IMG/VR virus record: IMGVR_UViG_3300031957_000416
Location: 1-52,141 of that record
Strand: one strand, 5' to 3'
Source: a virus
Lineage: Duplodnaviria > Caudoviricetes
Length of the DNA: 52,141 bases
A program made the position numbers and the translations under genes. A model generated the notes under the pieces. That model was given only the letters and a program-made list of their open reading frames with translations. It did no database searches and was not told the origin of the DNA. This document shows, in pieces, positions 9,992 to 19,324 of this stretch. How positions within the stretch are numbered: the stretch's first letter is position 1; every line of letters starts with the position of its first letter.

Positions 9992-10441
9992 CTAGACCAT
10001 GCCTGTTGGCATAGGTCCAGGTGGCACGTTAGTTTGTGGTGCACCTTGTGGTGCTCCGCCTAATCCACCTTGTGGTGAACTAGGAATCTCTTGTTGTCCT
10101 TTTGAAGCAAAATCTTGTCCCATCATTGAAACAGAATCTTCAATAGTTTCTGCAGGATATGCACTTGCAACTACAGAAACTGGAATATTTACAGTAGGTT
10201 CTTCTGGACCTATATCATTAAGTGCACCAGCAATTTCTGGACCAAATAATTCAGCCAATGCTTGCTTTAAGCCTGGAGTTAAATGCTGTTCTAAAATTTG
10301 CATAGTTCCTTCAGACGCATTTTGTAGTACTCTATTAAATTCTTCAGGGTTAATGTTTATACCTGCAGTAGGTGCCATTTCTTGTTCTGGCATCGTAGCC
10401 TGTTCAGGTGCCATCATTCCTTGTGGGGGCATCATTGCCAT
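9992..10441 (-). CDS. Hypothetical protein (Pro/Gln/Met-rich termini)
   Basis: 149 aa, translationally coupled to the upstream Hint-domain gene. Confidence 0.7.
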   Translation of the reverse strand: MAMMPPQGMMAPEQATMPEQEMAPTAGININPEEFNRVLQNASEGTMQILEQHLTPGLKQALAELFGPEIAGALNDIGPEEPTVNIPVSVVASAYPAETIEDSVSMMGQDFASKGQQEIPSSPQGGLGGAPQGAPQTNVPPGPMPTGMV

Positions 10442-12033
10442 TATGCTTCTCCTCTTAATTTTTTATTTAAATTCTGTTTTACTTTTTCAAAATATGGTGC
10501 CCAATCATCATCAGATCCTGTTTCAAAGTCTCCAAATTCTATATCATGAATCCATATTCTATTGTTAGAAGTTTTAAATGTATATACAGGTTCTACTCTA
10601 TCAGTAAGAATTCCATGCTTACTATCTTCTACTTCAATAAATTGATTATCTTCTATTACCCAGTGTGATCCAGAAACTAATACGCCTTTGTAGTTATAAA
10701 TATTTTGTGGCATAAATTCCATTTTAGCCTGTACAATACCGCCTCTAGTTTCTTCACCAATTTCAATACTTGTAATTTCTTTTGTAGTGCCATCAGCCAT
10801 TTGAACAGCAGTGCCTTCAACGAAACATCCTGATGGACCTCCGCCTCCTTGGCCTCCTTGACCACTACCTCCATCTCCTTTACTAGAACTTGGATCTCTA
10901 AATGATTTTGCCTCTGTTCTTTGTTGATCTGTCATAGAACCTGCACCTGATTGTGGCCCAGTTGGTCCACTTGGTGTACTTGATGTACTTGTGTCTTTAT
11001 CTTGACCACCTTGATCAGATTTTTTAGTTTTTACAGGTTTTACATTTCCAAATCTATCTGTATAAGTAACTACGCCTTTGTAGTTGCCTGTTTTAGGATC
11101 ATATCCATATCCAACTAATCCTGAAGCAACTTGATCGTTTATTTCTTTTTGTTTGTCTGCTGCTTTTTTAGCTAATTCTCTTTCTACTTCTCGTCTTCTT
11201 TCAAGTTCATCTAATAGTGCTTTTTCTCTTGCTGCCTCTGCTGCTTTTTCTGCTGCCTCTGCCTCTTCGCCTTCTCTTCTTTCAGTTATACTGCCACTAA
11301 ATAAATCAGTAGATAATGCACCTACATCTTGCGGTGTAGTAGCACCAGGTTGTGTAGGCCTTCTAGTAGGTACCATACCACTACTATCTAGTATATTAGA
11401 AAAGGCATCAGATAAATATCCTGGAATATTTTTATCTTCTGCCAATGCTTCTATTTGACTAGTGCTTAATCCTTTAGCGATAGTTCCATCTTCAATTTGA
11501 TCTTTAATTTTTTGTTCTGCTTTTTCTTGGTTAGCTTGATTTAAGAATCCTAAACCAGCACCTAAAAGTGGATTTACACCAGACAATACTTTTCCAAAAA
11601 CAAAATTTGCAACTTTAGCCCCTGTTCCTGGATAAGCAGTTGACATTAGTCCTTCTAAACTATTAGGATCTACAGTATTACCTGCATTAAATCCTCCTGC
11701 TCCTCCTTGAAAGTTTGAACTATAGGGATTATTTTCTCCGCCACCACGTTCAGTAATGGACATTTGAGTAGTTGTAGTTGTATCTTCACCTGTATCTTCA
11801 TCTGTATCATCATCTGTATCATCTGATGTTACAGGATCAACATCTAGTTCTGTTATAGGAGTAGTTAACATTTTTTGTAGATCTACTCCATCAGTAGAGG
11901 CAGACACTATTGGAGTATACTCATATTTTATTTTATATACTCCAGTAGTTGGATCTTGTTTTAACACTTGTTTATATGTAGGTAACCTACCTGTCCTAGG
12001 GTCTATCGAAGGTGGTGTATCATATAAAGCCAT
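10441..12033 (-). CDS. Low-complexity virion-module protein with a C-terminal Hint (intein/Hedgehog-like) domain
   Basis: SG|CFVEGTAVQMADGTTKEITSIEIGE (block A, Cys403), VSGSHWV (block B His), VYTFKTSNNRIWI (block F-like). Confidence 0.85.
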   Translation of the reverse strand: MALYDTPPSIDPRTGRLPTYKQVLKQDPTTGVYKIKYEYTPIVSASTDGVDLQKMLTTPITELDVDPVTSDDTDDDTDEDTGEDTTTTTQMSITERGGGENNPYSSNFQGGAGGFNAGNTVDPNSLEGLMSTAYPGTGAKVANFVFGKVLSGVNPLLGAGLGFLNQANQEKAEQKIKDQIEDGTIAKGLSTSQIEALAEDKNIPGYLSDAFSNILDSSGMVPTRRPTQPGATTPQDVGALSTDLFSGSITERREGEEAEAAEKAAEAAREKALLDELERRREVERELAKKAADKQKEINDQVASGLVGYGYDPKTGNYKGVVTYTDRFGNVKPVKTKKSDQGGQDKDTSTSSTPSGPTGPQSGAGSMTDQQRTEAKSFRDPSSSKGDGGSGQGGQGGGGPSGCFVEGTAVQMADGTTKEITSIEIGEETRGGIVQAKMEFMPQNIYNYKGVLVSGSHWVIEDNQFIEVEDSKHGILTDRVEPVYTFKTSNNRIWIHDIEFGDFETGSDDDWAPYFEKVKQNLNKKLRGEA

Positions 12034-12258
12034 TTAAAAAAATCTCCTACTTTTACTATCTTTCTTGTCCAGTTGCTGTTCTAGGTGCAACAGGTGGCGT
12101 AGAGAACTGATCTTCCCCTGGCTGCGGAACAGCTCCTGCTCCGATGTTGCCACCTCCAACTCCCGTTGCGTCTGCTGGATTTGCACCTGGAGGTATTCCT
12201 TGAGCACCTCCCATATTTTCTTGTTGTTGATTAGTAGCTTGAGCTTGTTGATTTCCAT
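12034..12258 (-). CDS. Small post-portal protein
   Basis: 74 aa helical protein with an ELFRSQG motif. Overlaps the portal 3' end. Confidence 0.7.
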   Translation of the reverse strand: MEINKLKLLINNKKIWEVLKEYLQVQIQQTQRELEVATSEQELFRSQGKISSLRHLLHLEQQLDKKDSKSRRFF

Positions 12259-14200
12259 TTGTCATCCCCATTATTTTAGCAAATAGTTGTGCATGTTCAG
12301 GGTCATTAATTAATTGATCAGGATCAATATCTAATGACTTTGCAATTTCTTTTAATATAGAATGCCATCTTACAAACGGTGCAATATTAGGATTATTTGC
12401 TGTTTGCATAAATGTCATTAATCTTTGTGATCTAACTTCTTTTTGCATCAGAGATGATGTACCTCTTGCTTTAACTTCTAGATCACCTTTAATTGGTTCT
12501 ACATCAGAATTAAATTGCATATTCCATGCGAATAAAGTATCACCAAGGGGTTTCAGTAAATAGTCGTCTATATTTTTTACTACTGTTTTAATACTTAATG
12601 CAGCTGCTCCCATAAGCATTGACATACCTGCAGCTGTTCTTGTTGTTGATTGAACACCAGTTGCACCATGTGAATACGATGGTATACCTGTTGATTCATC
12701 TGCAAGTTGTCTAAACTTATCAAACATCATTAAATTTTCTGGTGCTGTATTAGGAAACTTTAATCCGTTAATTGCAGTTCCTGTTACACCAGACTGTCTT
12801 CTAAATATTTTACCAGGATGTATTGACATATCTTGTCCTGGTACTAATTGTGTTTCGTCTATATCAAATACTAAGTTACCTGCTAATGCTAAATTATCAA
12901 TAGCCATTCTTGCATGGCCATTCATTACCATCTGTGCATCTTCCATATTTTCTGGTATACCTACACCAAAAAATTGATATGGATTTATTTCATATGGGCA
13001 TACATGAAATGGTATTCTTTCAGGAGTAAATGGATTTAGTACTAATCGTAAAACATGTCCGTTACATATCCATGCATTTATTTGAACTTCATCTAACTCT
13101 TCAAAGTCTTCATCAAGTTCTAAGCCTGCTTGTTCTGCAAGGGCTGTATCCATTGTTCCCCAGTATTCGTATATCTCATACCTTTGTTTTTTAAGATCAT
13201 CAACATTTTCTCTATCAAGCAGCGCAGTTTCAAAACCTCTAACTTCATAGTTTGCACCCATTCTTAAACATTCTCTTATAGCTTCTTTTCTAAAGTATGG
13301 TCTGTTTTTTAAATCTCTTAATTGTGCTCTATTTAAAGAATGTCTTTGAATTACATAATCACAATCTTCTATGCTTGTAGCATCAGGGTCTGGATAAAAA
13401 TCCCAAAGACTTACAGCTTCTAGTTTTGGTACAGATTTGACTGATGGGTTATACATAGACTCTCCACTTTCTTCGTCTTTATCCCATCTATGTAAAGTTT
13501 TATCATGTGTAAATGGACCTTTAAGAACTCCAGTACCAAGTAAAACCATTTCAAACAATACATGCCGTAGCATAGTAATTGCAGAAGTTTCTTCTAGCTG
13601 ATCATGTATTAGCTTTTGTAAATTTTCTGCAGCTTCTCTTGCTGGCTCTATCTGTTCTATCTGAGGAGACTGTGGAGAAGGTCCCTCAACAAAATTTAAA
13701 CCTTCATATTCTTTTGATAAGCCTCTTAATAAATCACTTGTTGTTGTGCCAGGAGCCATTTCTTTTCCATCTCCTGGAAATCCATACAGATCTACTACGT
13801 TATCTTCTTCTTCTTCAGGTTCATTATCTTGTTTAGTTCTTGCATATTCTGCAATACCATCAGGTACAGTTGTAGGTTCTATTCCAATAGGAAATTTTCC
13901 TGTTGAAAATAAAACTTCTATCAGTTGTCCAAAAGCAGCTAGAACTTTAGTTTTAGTTATTTTAACAAAGACTCTTGATTTCTCTTTTTCAGTAAAAGAC
14001 ATATCAGAACCATACAAACCTCTATAGTTTCTATATGCTCTTAGCCAACGACTTTCATCAAAAAGTCTAGCGTCTTCTGCCCTAAAAAATCTTTCTTTAA
14101 CTAATCCTTGAAGACTTGAAAAATCTTCATAACTATCTTCTTTTTCTTCTGGCTCTCCTAGTCCCAGAACTGTATCATCTGGGTTGTTTACATCAGCCAT
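12056..14200 (-). CDS. Portal (head-tail connector) protein
   Basis: 714 aa downstream of the terminase. WDFYPDP, YEYWG, PYQFFGVG and ADESTGIP motifs. Confidence 0.88.
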   Translation of the reverse strand: MADVNNPDDTVLGLGEPEEKEDSYEDFSSLQGLVKERFFRAEDARLFDESRWLRAYRNYRGLYGSDMSFTEKEKSRVFVKITKTKVLAAFGQLIEVLFSTGKFPIGIEPTTVPDGIAEYARTKQDNEPEEEEDNVVDLYGFPGDGKEMAPGTTTSDLLRGLSKEYEGLNFVEGPSPQSPQIEQIEPAREAAENLQKLIHDQLEETSAITMLRHVLFEMVLLGTGVLKGPFTHDKTLHRWDKDEESGESMYNPSVKSVPKLEAVSLWDFYPDPDATSIEDCDYVIQRHSLNRAQLRDLKNRPYFRKEAIRECLRMGANYEVRGFETALLDRENVDDLKKQRYEIYEYWGTMDTALAEQAGLELDEDFEELDEVQINAWICNGHVLRLVLNPFTPERIPFHVCPYEINPYQFFGVGIPENMEDAQMVMNGHARMAIDNLALAGNLVFDIDETQLVPGQDMSIHPGKIFRRQSGVTGTAINGLKFPNTAPENLMMFDKFRQLADESTGIPSYSHGATGVQSTTRTAAGMSMLMGAAALSIKTVVKNIDDYLLKPLGDTLFAWNMQFNSDVEPIKGDLEVKARGTSSLMQKEVRSQRLMTFMQTANNPNIAPFVRWHSILKEIAKSLDIDPDQLINDPEHAQLFAKIMGMTNGNQQAQATNQQQENMGGAQGIPPGANPADATGVGGGNIGAGAVPQPGEDQFSTPPVAPRTATGQER

Positions 14201-14209
14201 TTAAATACC

Positions 14210-14392
14210 TTAGTAATCTCTTTCATCAGCTAGTGAAAAAATCTTGCCGTCAACCGTATTAGTTTTCACTTTTGGTGCATCAACATTTTCTCCACCTACT
14301 TCATCAGCAGGAAGGTTCATAGGATCGTTACCAGTTTTTGCACTAGGAACTTCGTCTAAATCACCTTGCTTATATTTTTTCATGATGTCCAT
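14210..14392 (-). CDS. Hypothetical protein
   Basis: 60 aa with AAGGAG RBS. Confidence 0.65.
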   Translation of the reverse strand: MDIMKKYKQGDLDEVPSAKTGNDPMNLPADEVGGENVDAPKVKTNTVDGKIFSLADERDY

Positions 14393-14393
14393 G

Positions 14394-14762
14394 TTATTTC
14401 TCCTTATGTTTAGTTTTTGATAGTGACTCTTGTATAAATTTTAAGAGCCATGGATTATCTCGTAAGACAATATGTATTTGGTTAGCCAATGTATTTGTAA
14501 CAACTTCTTCTTTATCTTCATCTGATAATGGATTAGATTTAGTTGTAAGCCCACCAACGTAACAACACGCATGTAATACTTCATGAATTACTGTATTTAA
14601 TAAATCGTGTCGTTCTAAATTTGTATTTATTTGTATTTTATTTTCTCTTTGCAAATAATGACCATAGCAATCTGTAAGATTATCTGTTCTAAAATCTGCA
14701 TCTTTTAATTCAATAGTTAGATCTTGAAATCCAACTCTTAATTTTTTTCCATCTATATCCAT
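14394..14762 (-). CDS. HExxH zinc metallopeptidase-like protein
   Basis: NTVIHEVLHA followed by a downstream EE. Confidence 0.7.
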   Translation of the reverse strand: MDIDGKKLRVGFQDLTIELKDADFRTDNLTDCYGHYLQRENKIQINTNLERHDLLNTVIHEVLHACCYVGGLTTKSNPLSDEDKEEVVTNTLANQIHIVLRDNPWLLKFIQESLSKTKHKEK

Positions 14763-16378
14763 TAGTATCCAAACATCCTATCTGCTGGTGTATATTGTTT
14801 ATTAGAATTAAAACTTGATAAGCCAATTCCGTGTGGATTAATGGGGCGAGACATGCATCCATATCTTAGTGCATCGTAAGCATGATCTTCTGCGTGCGTA
14901 TCAACATCTTCTGGATTGTTTTTATCGCATGGTAAAAGTGGTAGTGTTCGTATTAAGTTAACACAGTTGTTAAAAATAAATAACGATGGTTTAGCTTCAT
15001 TATTTTTTTCTCTAACAGATAGTCGTTTGTGTATTTCCAGTTTACCGTTGATACGACTTCTTGGTGATCTATCCGATGGTCTCCATCTACATCCTGTGTT
15101 GATCATCGTTTCTGCAATACTTGGACCAACATCACCTCTTCGTGCCCAAGTACTTGAATCTAGAACTCCATATCTTATATATTCTTTATGTTCTAAATCT
15201 AAAACTTGTTGTGCAAATAAATCTGCTGTAACTTTTTTTGTGTACAATTCTCTATAGATATATAAATTATTATCAAAATCTATAGCAAACCATAATACAC
15301 AAGCAGGTGAAGAATATCCCCAGTCACATGCTCTAAACTTATGCCAGTTTCTAGGTAGTTCAAATGGTTCTAAAACATGAACCGCTTTGTTAAACTCTGG
15401 GAAAGCTGCATCTTCATACGCTCCCCAATCTCCATCTAGAAATTGTTTTCTTTGCACTTCAGGCAAAGAAGCTAGCATAATATAATAATCCTCTGTTTGC
15501 ATCAGATATGGATTATCTTGTAACTTAGCTGGTATAAATCTTCTTGTTATCTTTTTATTACCAACTGGAGTTTGTATATCAATATCAAACTTTGTATTAG
15601 GCACCGCTGGATCTACAAACATTTCTTTTACCCAAGTAGATCCTACATTTCCCGGGTTACCTGTTGCTCTCATAAACACTGGTATATCTGGATCAACTGA
15701 TCTAAGAGATGATCTTAGAAAGTTATAGATATCAGGAGTTGAATATTGTGGTAACTCATCAATTCCAATCCATGTATAAGACTGACCTTGATATCTAAGT
15801 GCGTCAGTAGTGTTTTCAGCATATCCAAATTCTATTTTAGCACCTGATGGAAATCTCCATTCTTTTTCCTGCTCTCTCCATTTAGCTCCAGGAAACGCTT
15901 TTGGATACAATTGTTGAGAATGATTTATTAAATCTCTCAACTCAGGCATAGAACGTCTAATCAATAGTGCTCTATGTTTTTGCCTATCACAATATCGTAG
16001 TGGATCAATAAGCATTGCATATGACTTACCACCACCTCTTGCTCCACCATAAAATACTTCACGTTCAGATGCTGCTAAGAACTGTGTTTGAGGCCCTTCA
16101 TTTGGTTTAAAGATTACTTCTTGTTCTTTAACAGCCTCTTTTACATTTGGTGGAACGTTATCTAATTCTTCTTCAACAAATATATTTTCTTTATTCTCTA
16201 ATATATTATCAGCTTTTTGTATAGCTTCTTTTTTATTTTTTAATTTCTTTTGTGCATTATGATAATTATCTTTTGCTTTTTGTACTTGTTTAGCTATATC
16301 ACTAATGCTAGCCTTTGCTGATCTTTTTGCTTTAGCTACTTTTTTCTTTTTAGGTTTAGGCGGTAGAACATCATTCAC
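14762..16378 (-). CDS. terL: Terminase large subunit
   Basis: Walker A YGGARGGGKS, Walker B IGIDE, RATGNPG, and nuclease motifs DWG and DHAYDALRY. Confidence 0.95.
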   Translation of the reverse strand: MNDVLPPKPKKKKVAKAKRSAKASISDIAKQVQKAKDNYHNAQKKLKNKKEAIQKADNILENKENIFVEEELDNVPPNVKEAVKEQEVIFKPNEGPQTQFLAASEREVFYGGARGGGKSYAMLIDPLRYCDRQKHRALLIRRSMPELRDLINHSQQLYPKAFPGAKWREQEKEWRFPSGAKIEFGYAENTTDALRYQGQSYTWIGIDELPQYSTPDIYNFLRSSLRSVDPDIPVFMRATGNPGNVGSTWVKEMFVDPAVPNTKFDIDIQTPVGNKKITRRFIPAKLQDNPYLMQTEDYYIMLASLPEVQRKQFLDGDWGAYEDAAFPEFNKAVHVLEPFELPRNWHKFRACDWGYSSPACVLWFAIDFDNNLYIYRELYTKKVTADLFAQQVLDLEHKEYIRYGVLDSSTWARRGDVGPSIAETMINTGCRWRPSDRSPRSRINGKLEIHKRLSVREKNNEAKPSLFIFNNCVNLIRTLPLLPCDKNNPEDVDTHAEDHAYDALRYGCMSRPINPHGIGLSSFNSNKQYTPADRMFGY

Positions 16379-16604
16379 TTCTTGATAGCACCTTTCTTAA
16401 ACCTGGAGCAGAAATATATCTGCCTGTTTTTCTTTGCATCCATCCAGCAACTTCTCGATAGGAACAACTTTTAATATAATTTTTTGCCTGTTCTATAGCT
16501 TCAAGTTCTTCTGGAATTGGCTCTAATACTTTATCATCCTCTTCATTAACTTTATAACCAAAAGGAATTGTTCTTGATACTCTTTTTTTAAGTCCTAGTG
16601 TCAT
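16371..16604 (-). CDS. Small HTH-like DNA-binding protein
   Basis: IPFGY...SYREVAGW...ISAPGLRK, between terS and terL. Confidence 0.65.
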   Translation of the reverse strand: MTLGLKKRVSRTIPFGYKVNEEDDKVLEPIPEELEAIEQAKNYIKSCSYREVAGWMQRKTGRYISAPGLRKVLSRSE

Positions 16605-16984
16605 GCTTCTTTTGGTGGTAGTATGAATATCCCGTGTGCAACTTTTGCATTAATATCTATTTTTTCTTTTTTAACTAGTCCTACTCTATCTAATATTTGT
16701 TTAGCTGCTTCCATTCTAATATTAGCACCAGGTATAGATCCATCATCATCAATTGCATTGGCCATGCTAATTGCAGCTTTGGGTGAATGTGCTGCTAATA
16801 CCATTTCGGCACGTTCTATGATTTGGTCTTTTAAACCTTGTACCACTTTTGGATATGAGGTGGGAGCATAGCCAGCAATTTCAGCTGCTGTTCTTGGCTC
16901 ACCATTGGCCTCACCAAATAAAGCAGATAGAAATAGTTTTTGCTTCTCAGTTAATTCTGTACTTTCTTTTTTATCTAGAAGCAT
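16601..16984 (-). CDS. terS: Terminase small subunit
   Basis: LTEKQKLFL...AAEIAGY helix-turn-helix and AAKQILDRVG. Upstream of terL. Confidence 0.8.
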   Translation of the reverse strand: MLLDKKESTELTEKQKLFLSALFGEANGEPRTAAEIAGYAPTSYPKVVQGLKDQIIERAEMVLAAHSPKAAISMANAIDDDGSIPGANIRMEAAKQILDRVGLVKKEKIDINAKVAHGIFILPPKEA

Positions 16985-16991
16985 TTATTAA

Positions 16992-17114
16992 TTAAAATAT
17001 ATTTATTAAAATAACTATTGCAATAATTACAATTCCTGCAGCTTTAGCATAATCCACGATTTCCCATGTTTTATATCCCATAGCCCAGTTAACTATTGAT
17101 TTTATTTTTTCCAT
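16992..17114 (-). CDS. Small membrane peptide (40 aa, not on ORF track)
   Basis: AAAGGAG RBS. C-terminal hydrophobic AAGIVIIAIVILINIF. Confidence 0.6.
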   Translation of the reverse strand: MEKIKSIVNWAMGYKTWEIVDYAKAAGIVIIAIVILINIF

Positions 17115-17124
17115 ATTATCTCCT

Positions 17125-17391
17125 TTAGCAATTCCATGCTCTTAATGATTTATTAATTCTACTATTAGGGTCATTAGCTGTTTTTTTAGAAGTTAACTTT
17201 TTCTTCATACCCTTCATTCTTGCACAAAAAGACGCTCTTCTTTTATTTCCTACCTTTTTACTAGGTGCTTTAAGATTACGTTTCTTTCCTGTTTTAGTTT
17301 TTCCTTTATTATAAGACGCACGACCTTTAGCATTTAATCCACCTTTAGGATTCTTGCCTTCTTTTCTCTGCCATGCTGGGGTCTTTGCCAT
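17125..17391 (-). CDS. Basic protein, DUF6321-like
   Basis: GGLNAKGRASYN, RRASFCARM and RINKSLRAWNC. Confidence 0.7.
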   Translation of the reverse strand: MAKTPAWQRKEGKNPKGGLNAKGRASYNKGKTKTGKKRNLKAPSKKVGNKRRASFCARMKGMKKKLTSKKTANDPNSRINKSLRAWNC

Positions 17392-17639
17392 TATGAAAAC
17401 TTTCTATACTTTCTTACTTTATTTGCAATACTTTTTGGCTGTTTAGAAACTTGTTTACCTTTTGCTTTAGCCTTTCGTTTTGCTTTTGTGGTCGCAGCAT
17501 ATTCTGATGATGATAATGCTTTAATAGCCTTTTCAGGAAGATAGCGTTCACCAGTTACAGAAGATTTTTTCCCTGACTTAGTTCGCCACTTTTGTTTACC
17601 CCATGCTTTTAAACTTCTTTGACTTTTTTTTAGTGCCAT
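17391..17639 (-). CDS. Basic protein, DUF5872-like C-terminal half
   Basis: QRSLKAWGKQKWRTKSGK...ERYLPEKAIKALS. Confidence 0.7.
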   Translation of the reverse strand: MALKKSQRSLKAWGKQKWRTKSGKKSSVTGERYLPEKAIKALSSSEYAATTKAKRKAKAKGKQVSKQPKSIANKVRKYRKFS

Positions 17640-17730
17640 TTTTTTTCTTTTTCTTTAATAATTTAAAGTCTATTTTTGAAATTTTACCATCTTTATTTTT
17701 ATCTAATTTCTTTTGATTACCTTTAAGCAT
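17596..17730 (-). CDS. Lys-rich peptide with an EF-hand-like loop (44 aa, not on ORF track)
   Basis: MLKGNQKKLDKNKDGKISKIDF. GGAGGAGG upstream. Confidence 0.6.
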   Translation of the reverse strand: MLKGNQKKLDKNKDGKISKIDFKLLKKKKKNGTKKKSKKFKSMG

Positions 17731-17909
17731 TATTTATATCCTCCTCCTGCTTTTTTATATGCTTTAGCTAGTGCCTGTGCCTTACGAGCAGACCACTTAC
17801 CAGCAGCTGTGCCATGAGAGGCTTGTGCTTTAATTCTATTGAATATACGTTTTCTTTTTCCAGGCTGTGTATAATTGCCTGCTTTATTTACTGTGCTTTT
17901 CTTCGCCAT
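17730..17909 (-). CDS. Basic protein, DUF5872-like N-terminal half (59 aa, not on ORF track)
   Basis: NYTQPGKRKRIF...GKWSARKAQALAKAYKKAGGGYK. Confidence 0.75.
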   Translation of the reverse strand: MAKKSTVNKAGNYTQPGKRKRIFNRIKAQASHGTAAGKWSARKAQALAKAYKKAGGGYK

Positions 17910-18084
17910 TATTTAGCCTATTATAAAAATCATCTAATGCATTATGCTCGCAGTTTGAACATTTACATACAGAACATTGTCCTCCATTACTACAATGGCA
18001 ACTATGTTCGCAGTGTTTACACATTAGGTCTATTTTCTTTTTTGATTTGTCTTGCTCTTCGGGTAGATCTTGATCTAATTGCAT
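17884..18084 (-). CDS. Small Cys/His-rich (metallothionein-like) protein
   Basis: CKHCEHSCHCSNGGQCSVCKCSNCEH. AAGGAG RBS. Confidence 0.65.
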   Translation of the reverse strand: MQLDQDLPEEQDKSKKKIDLMCKHCEHSCHCSNGGQCSVCKCSNCEHNALDDFYNRLNNGEEKHSK

Positions 18085-18256
18085 GGGCTTGCTCCTTAGA
18101 CTTTTTATTAAGTAAATCTGCTAGTTGTGCAAATGTCATCATGATATTACTATTAGTAAACCTTTTGTTTTTTTATTTGATTTTTTTACTTTTTTTTTCC
18201 GTTTTTTTTCATCGGCTTTTTATTTTTCATATTCTTTTTATTCTTTGCAGTTTTTT

Positions 18257-18793
18257 TCATTCCTCGCATAATAGTCTCCTATAAGTTTTACGTTTATTTA
18301 CTGTGGATTCATAGTAGTCTTGTGGCCAAGATTTATAGAATCCTATTTTATTTAAGTTAGAACTTGCTTTTTCTAACTCTTCGAATGGCTGAATAAGCAC
18401 CATAAGAAACTCGTTGTCTGATTCCCAGTCTGTATTCTCTAAAAACTCTACAGGTTCAAGGTTATCGCCTGGGTGTGATGCCATCAGGTATATATCCTGT
18501 GGCACAAATACATGGTTTAGTGCATGAACATAGCTATCTAGCTCGTCTGCTGTTACTTCTAAGTCTGGACATGCTACAATACAGATCTTTTTACCAGATT
18601 CTGTAAACTTATTACATTGGTTTACAACTGTTTGTAGTAATTTTTCCCCAGATTCCTCTACAACTATGTTAACTTGCCCAGATATCCTAGCTTTTTTAGC
18701 ATAAGGACATACAGGTTTGTCTCCTAACTCTTTGTTTGGCAGTTCTAAGAAGTCTTTTGACCAGGATATGATGTCTTCTTCAATTGTTCGCAC
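18257..18793 (-). CDS. Hypothetical protein (DUF1415-like motifs)
   Basis: PVCPYAKKA and LMASHP motifs. Confidence 0.55.
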   Translation of the reverse strand: MRTIEEDIISWSKDFLELPNKELGDKPVCPYAKKARISGQVNIVVEESGEKLLQTVVNQCNKFTESGKKICIVACPDLEVTADELDSYVHALNHVFVPQDIYLMASHPGDNLEPVEFLENTDWESDNEFLMVLIQPFEELEKASSNLNKIGFYKSWPQDYYESTVNKRKTYRRLLCEE

Positions 18794-19003
18794 TGGTTAT
18801 CGTTAGTTTTTTTAGATTTTTTCCTAAATATACTGTTAAAATGGTCTTCATCAAAGTGATGATAATGGCTCGGTCGCCAATAACTCTTAAATGTTCTTAT
18901 TGCCATACAAAAAATTCGTTAAATATCATGTAGTTACCGTGAATGTCCATGGTTTTATAATGTTTTATTGTGTGTGACCCTTTGGTAACTACTAATTATA
19001 TAT

Positions 19004-19032
19004 ATTATACACACAGATAGCGATTCTGTCAA
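19004..19032 (-). promoter_or_regulatory. Consensus sigma70 promoter for the packaging/structural operon
   Basis: Minus strand TTGACA-17 nt-TATAAT. Confidence 0.85.
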
Positions 19033-19051
19033 TACATTTTTTATTTTTTTA

Positions 19052-19080
19052 TTGACAAAATCGAAATAGGGGTGTATAAT
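19052..19080 (+). promoter_or_regulatory. Consensus sigma70 promoter firing into a non-coding region
   Basis: TTGACA(19052)-17 nt-TATAAT(19075). Confidence 0.85.
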
Positions 19081-19305
19081 GGTATTAGGGCCTCCCCCCA
19101 GGGCCTTATATGTATTACATAATGACCTATTAGGGACTCCTATGTGGAGGTGGGACCCCTACAGAGTCCATACTAATGTGGCCACCAAAGTGGTTTACAT
19201 AGATTTATAGTAATTTTCCAGCAATGGCGTATAGGATATATAGGGTACCCCCCCTGGCAACCTGCATGGTACACCTAAGTTTTTGAAATGTATATCTTTT
19301 TGATC

Positions 19306-19324
19306 TATATCAAGCTGATATAGG
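19306..19324. repeat. Palindromic operator-like repeat, copy 1
   Basis: TATATCA-AGC-TGATATA-GG, 18/19 identical to 20691-20709. Confidence 0.7.

Noticed and set aside
10441-10827. Classical splicing intein or homing element
   Set aside because: There is no terminal His-Asn followed by Cys/Ser/Thr, no endonuclease domain and no substantial C-extein.
17814-18284. 156 aa plus-strand hydrophobic ORF
   Set aside because: It is the antisense of Lys-rich genes (poly-T gives Phe/Leu) and has no RBS.
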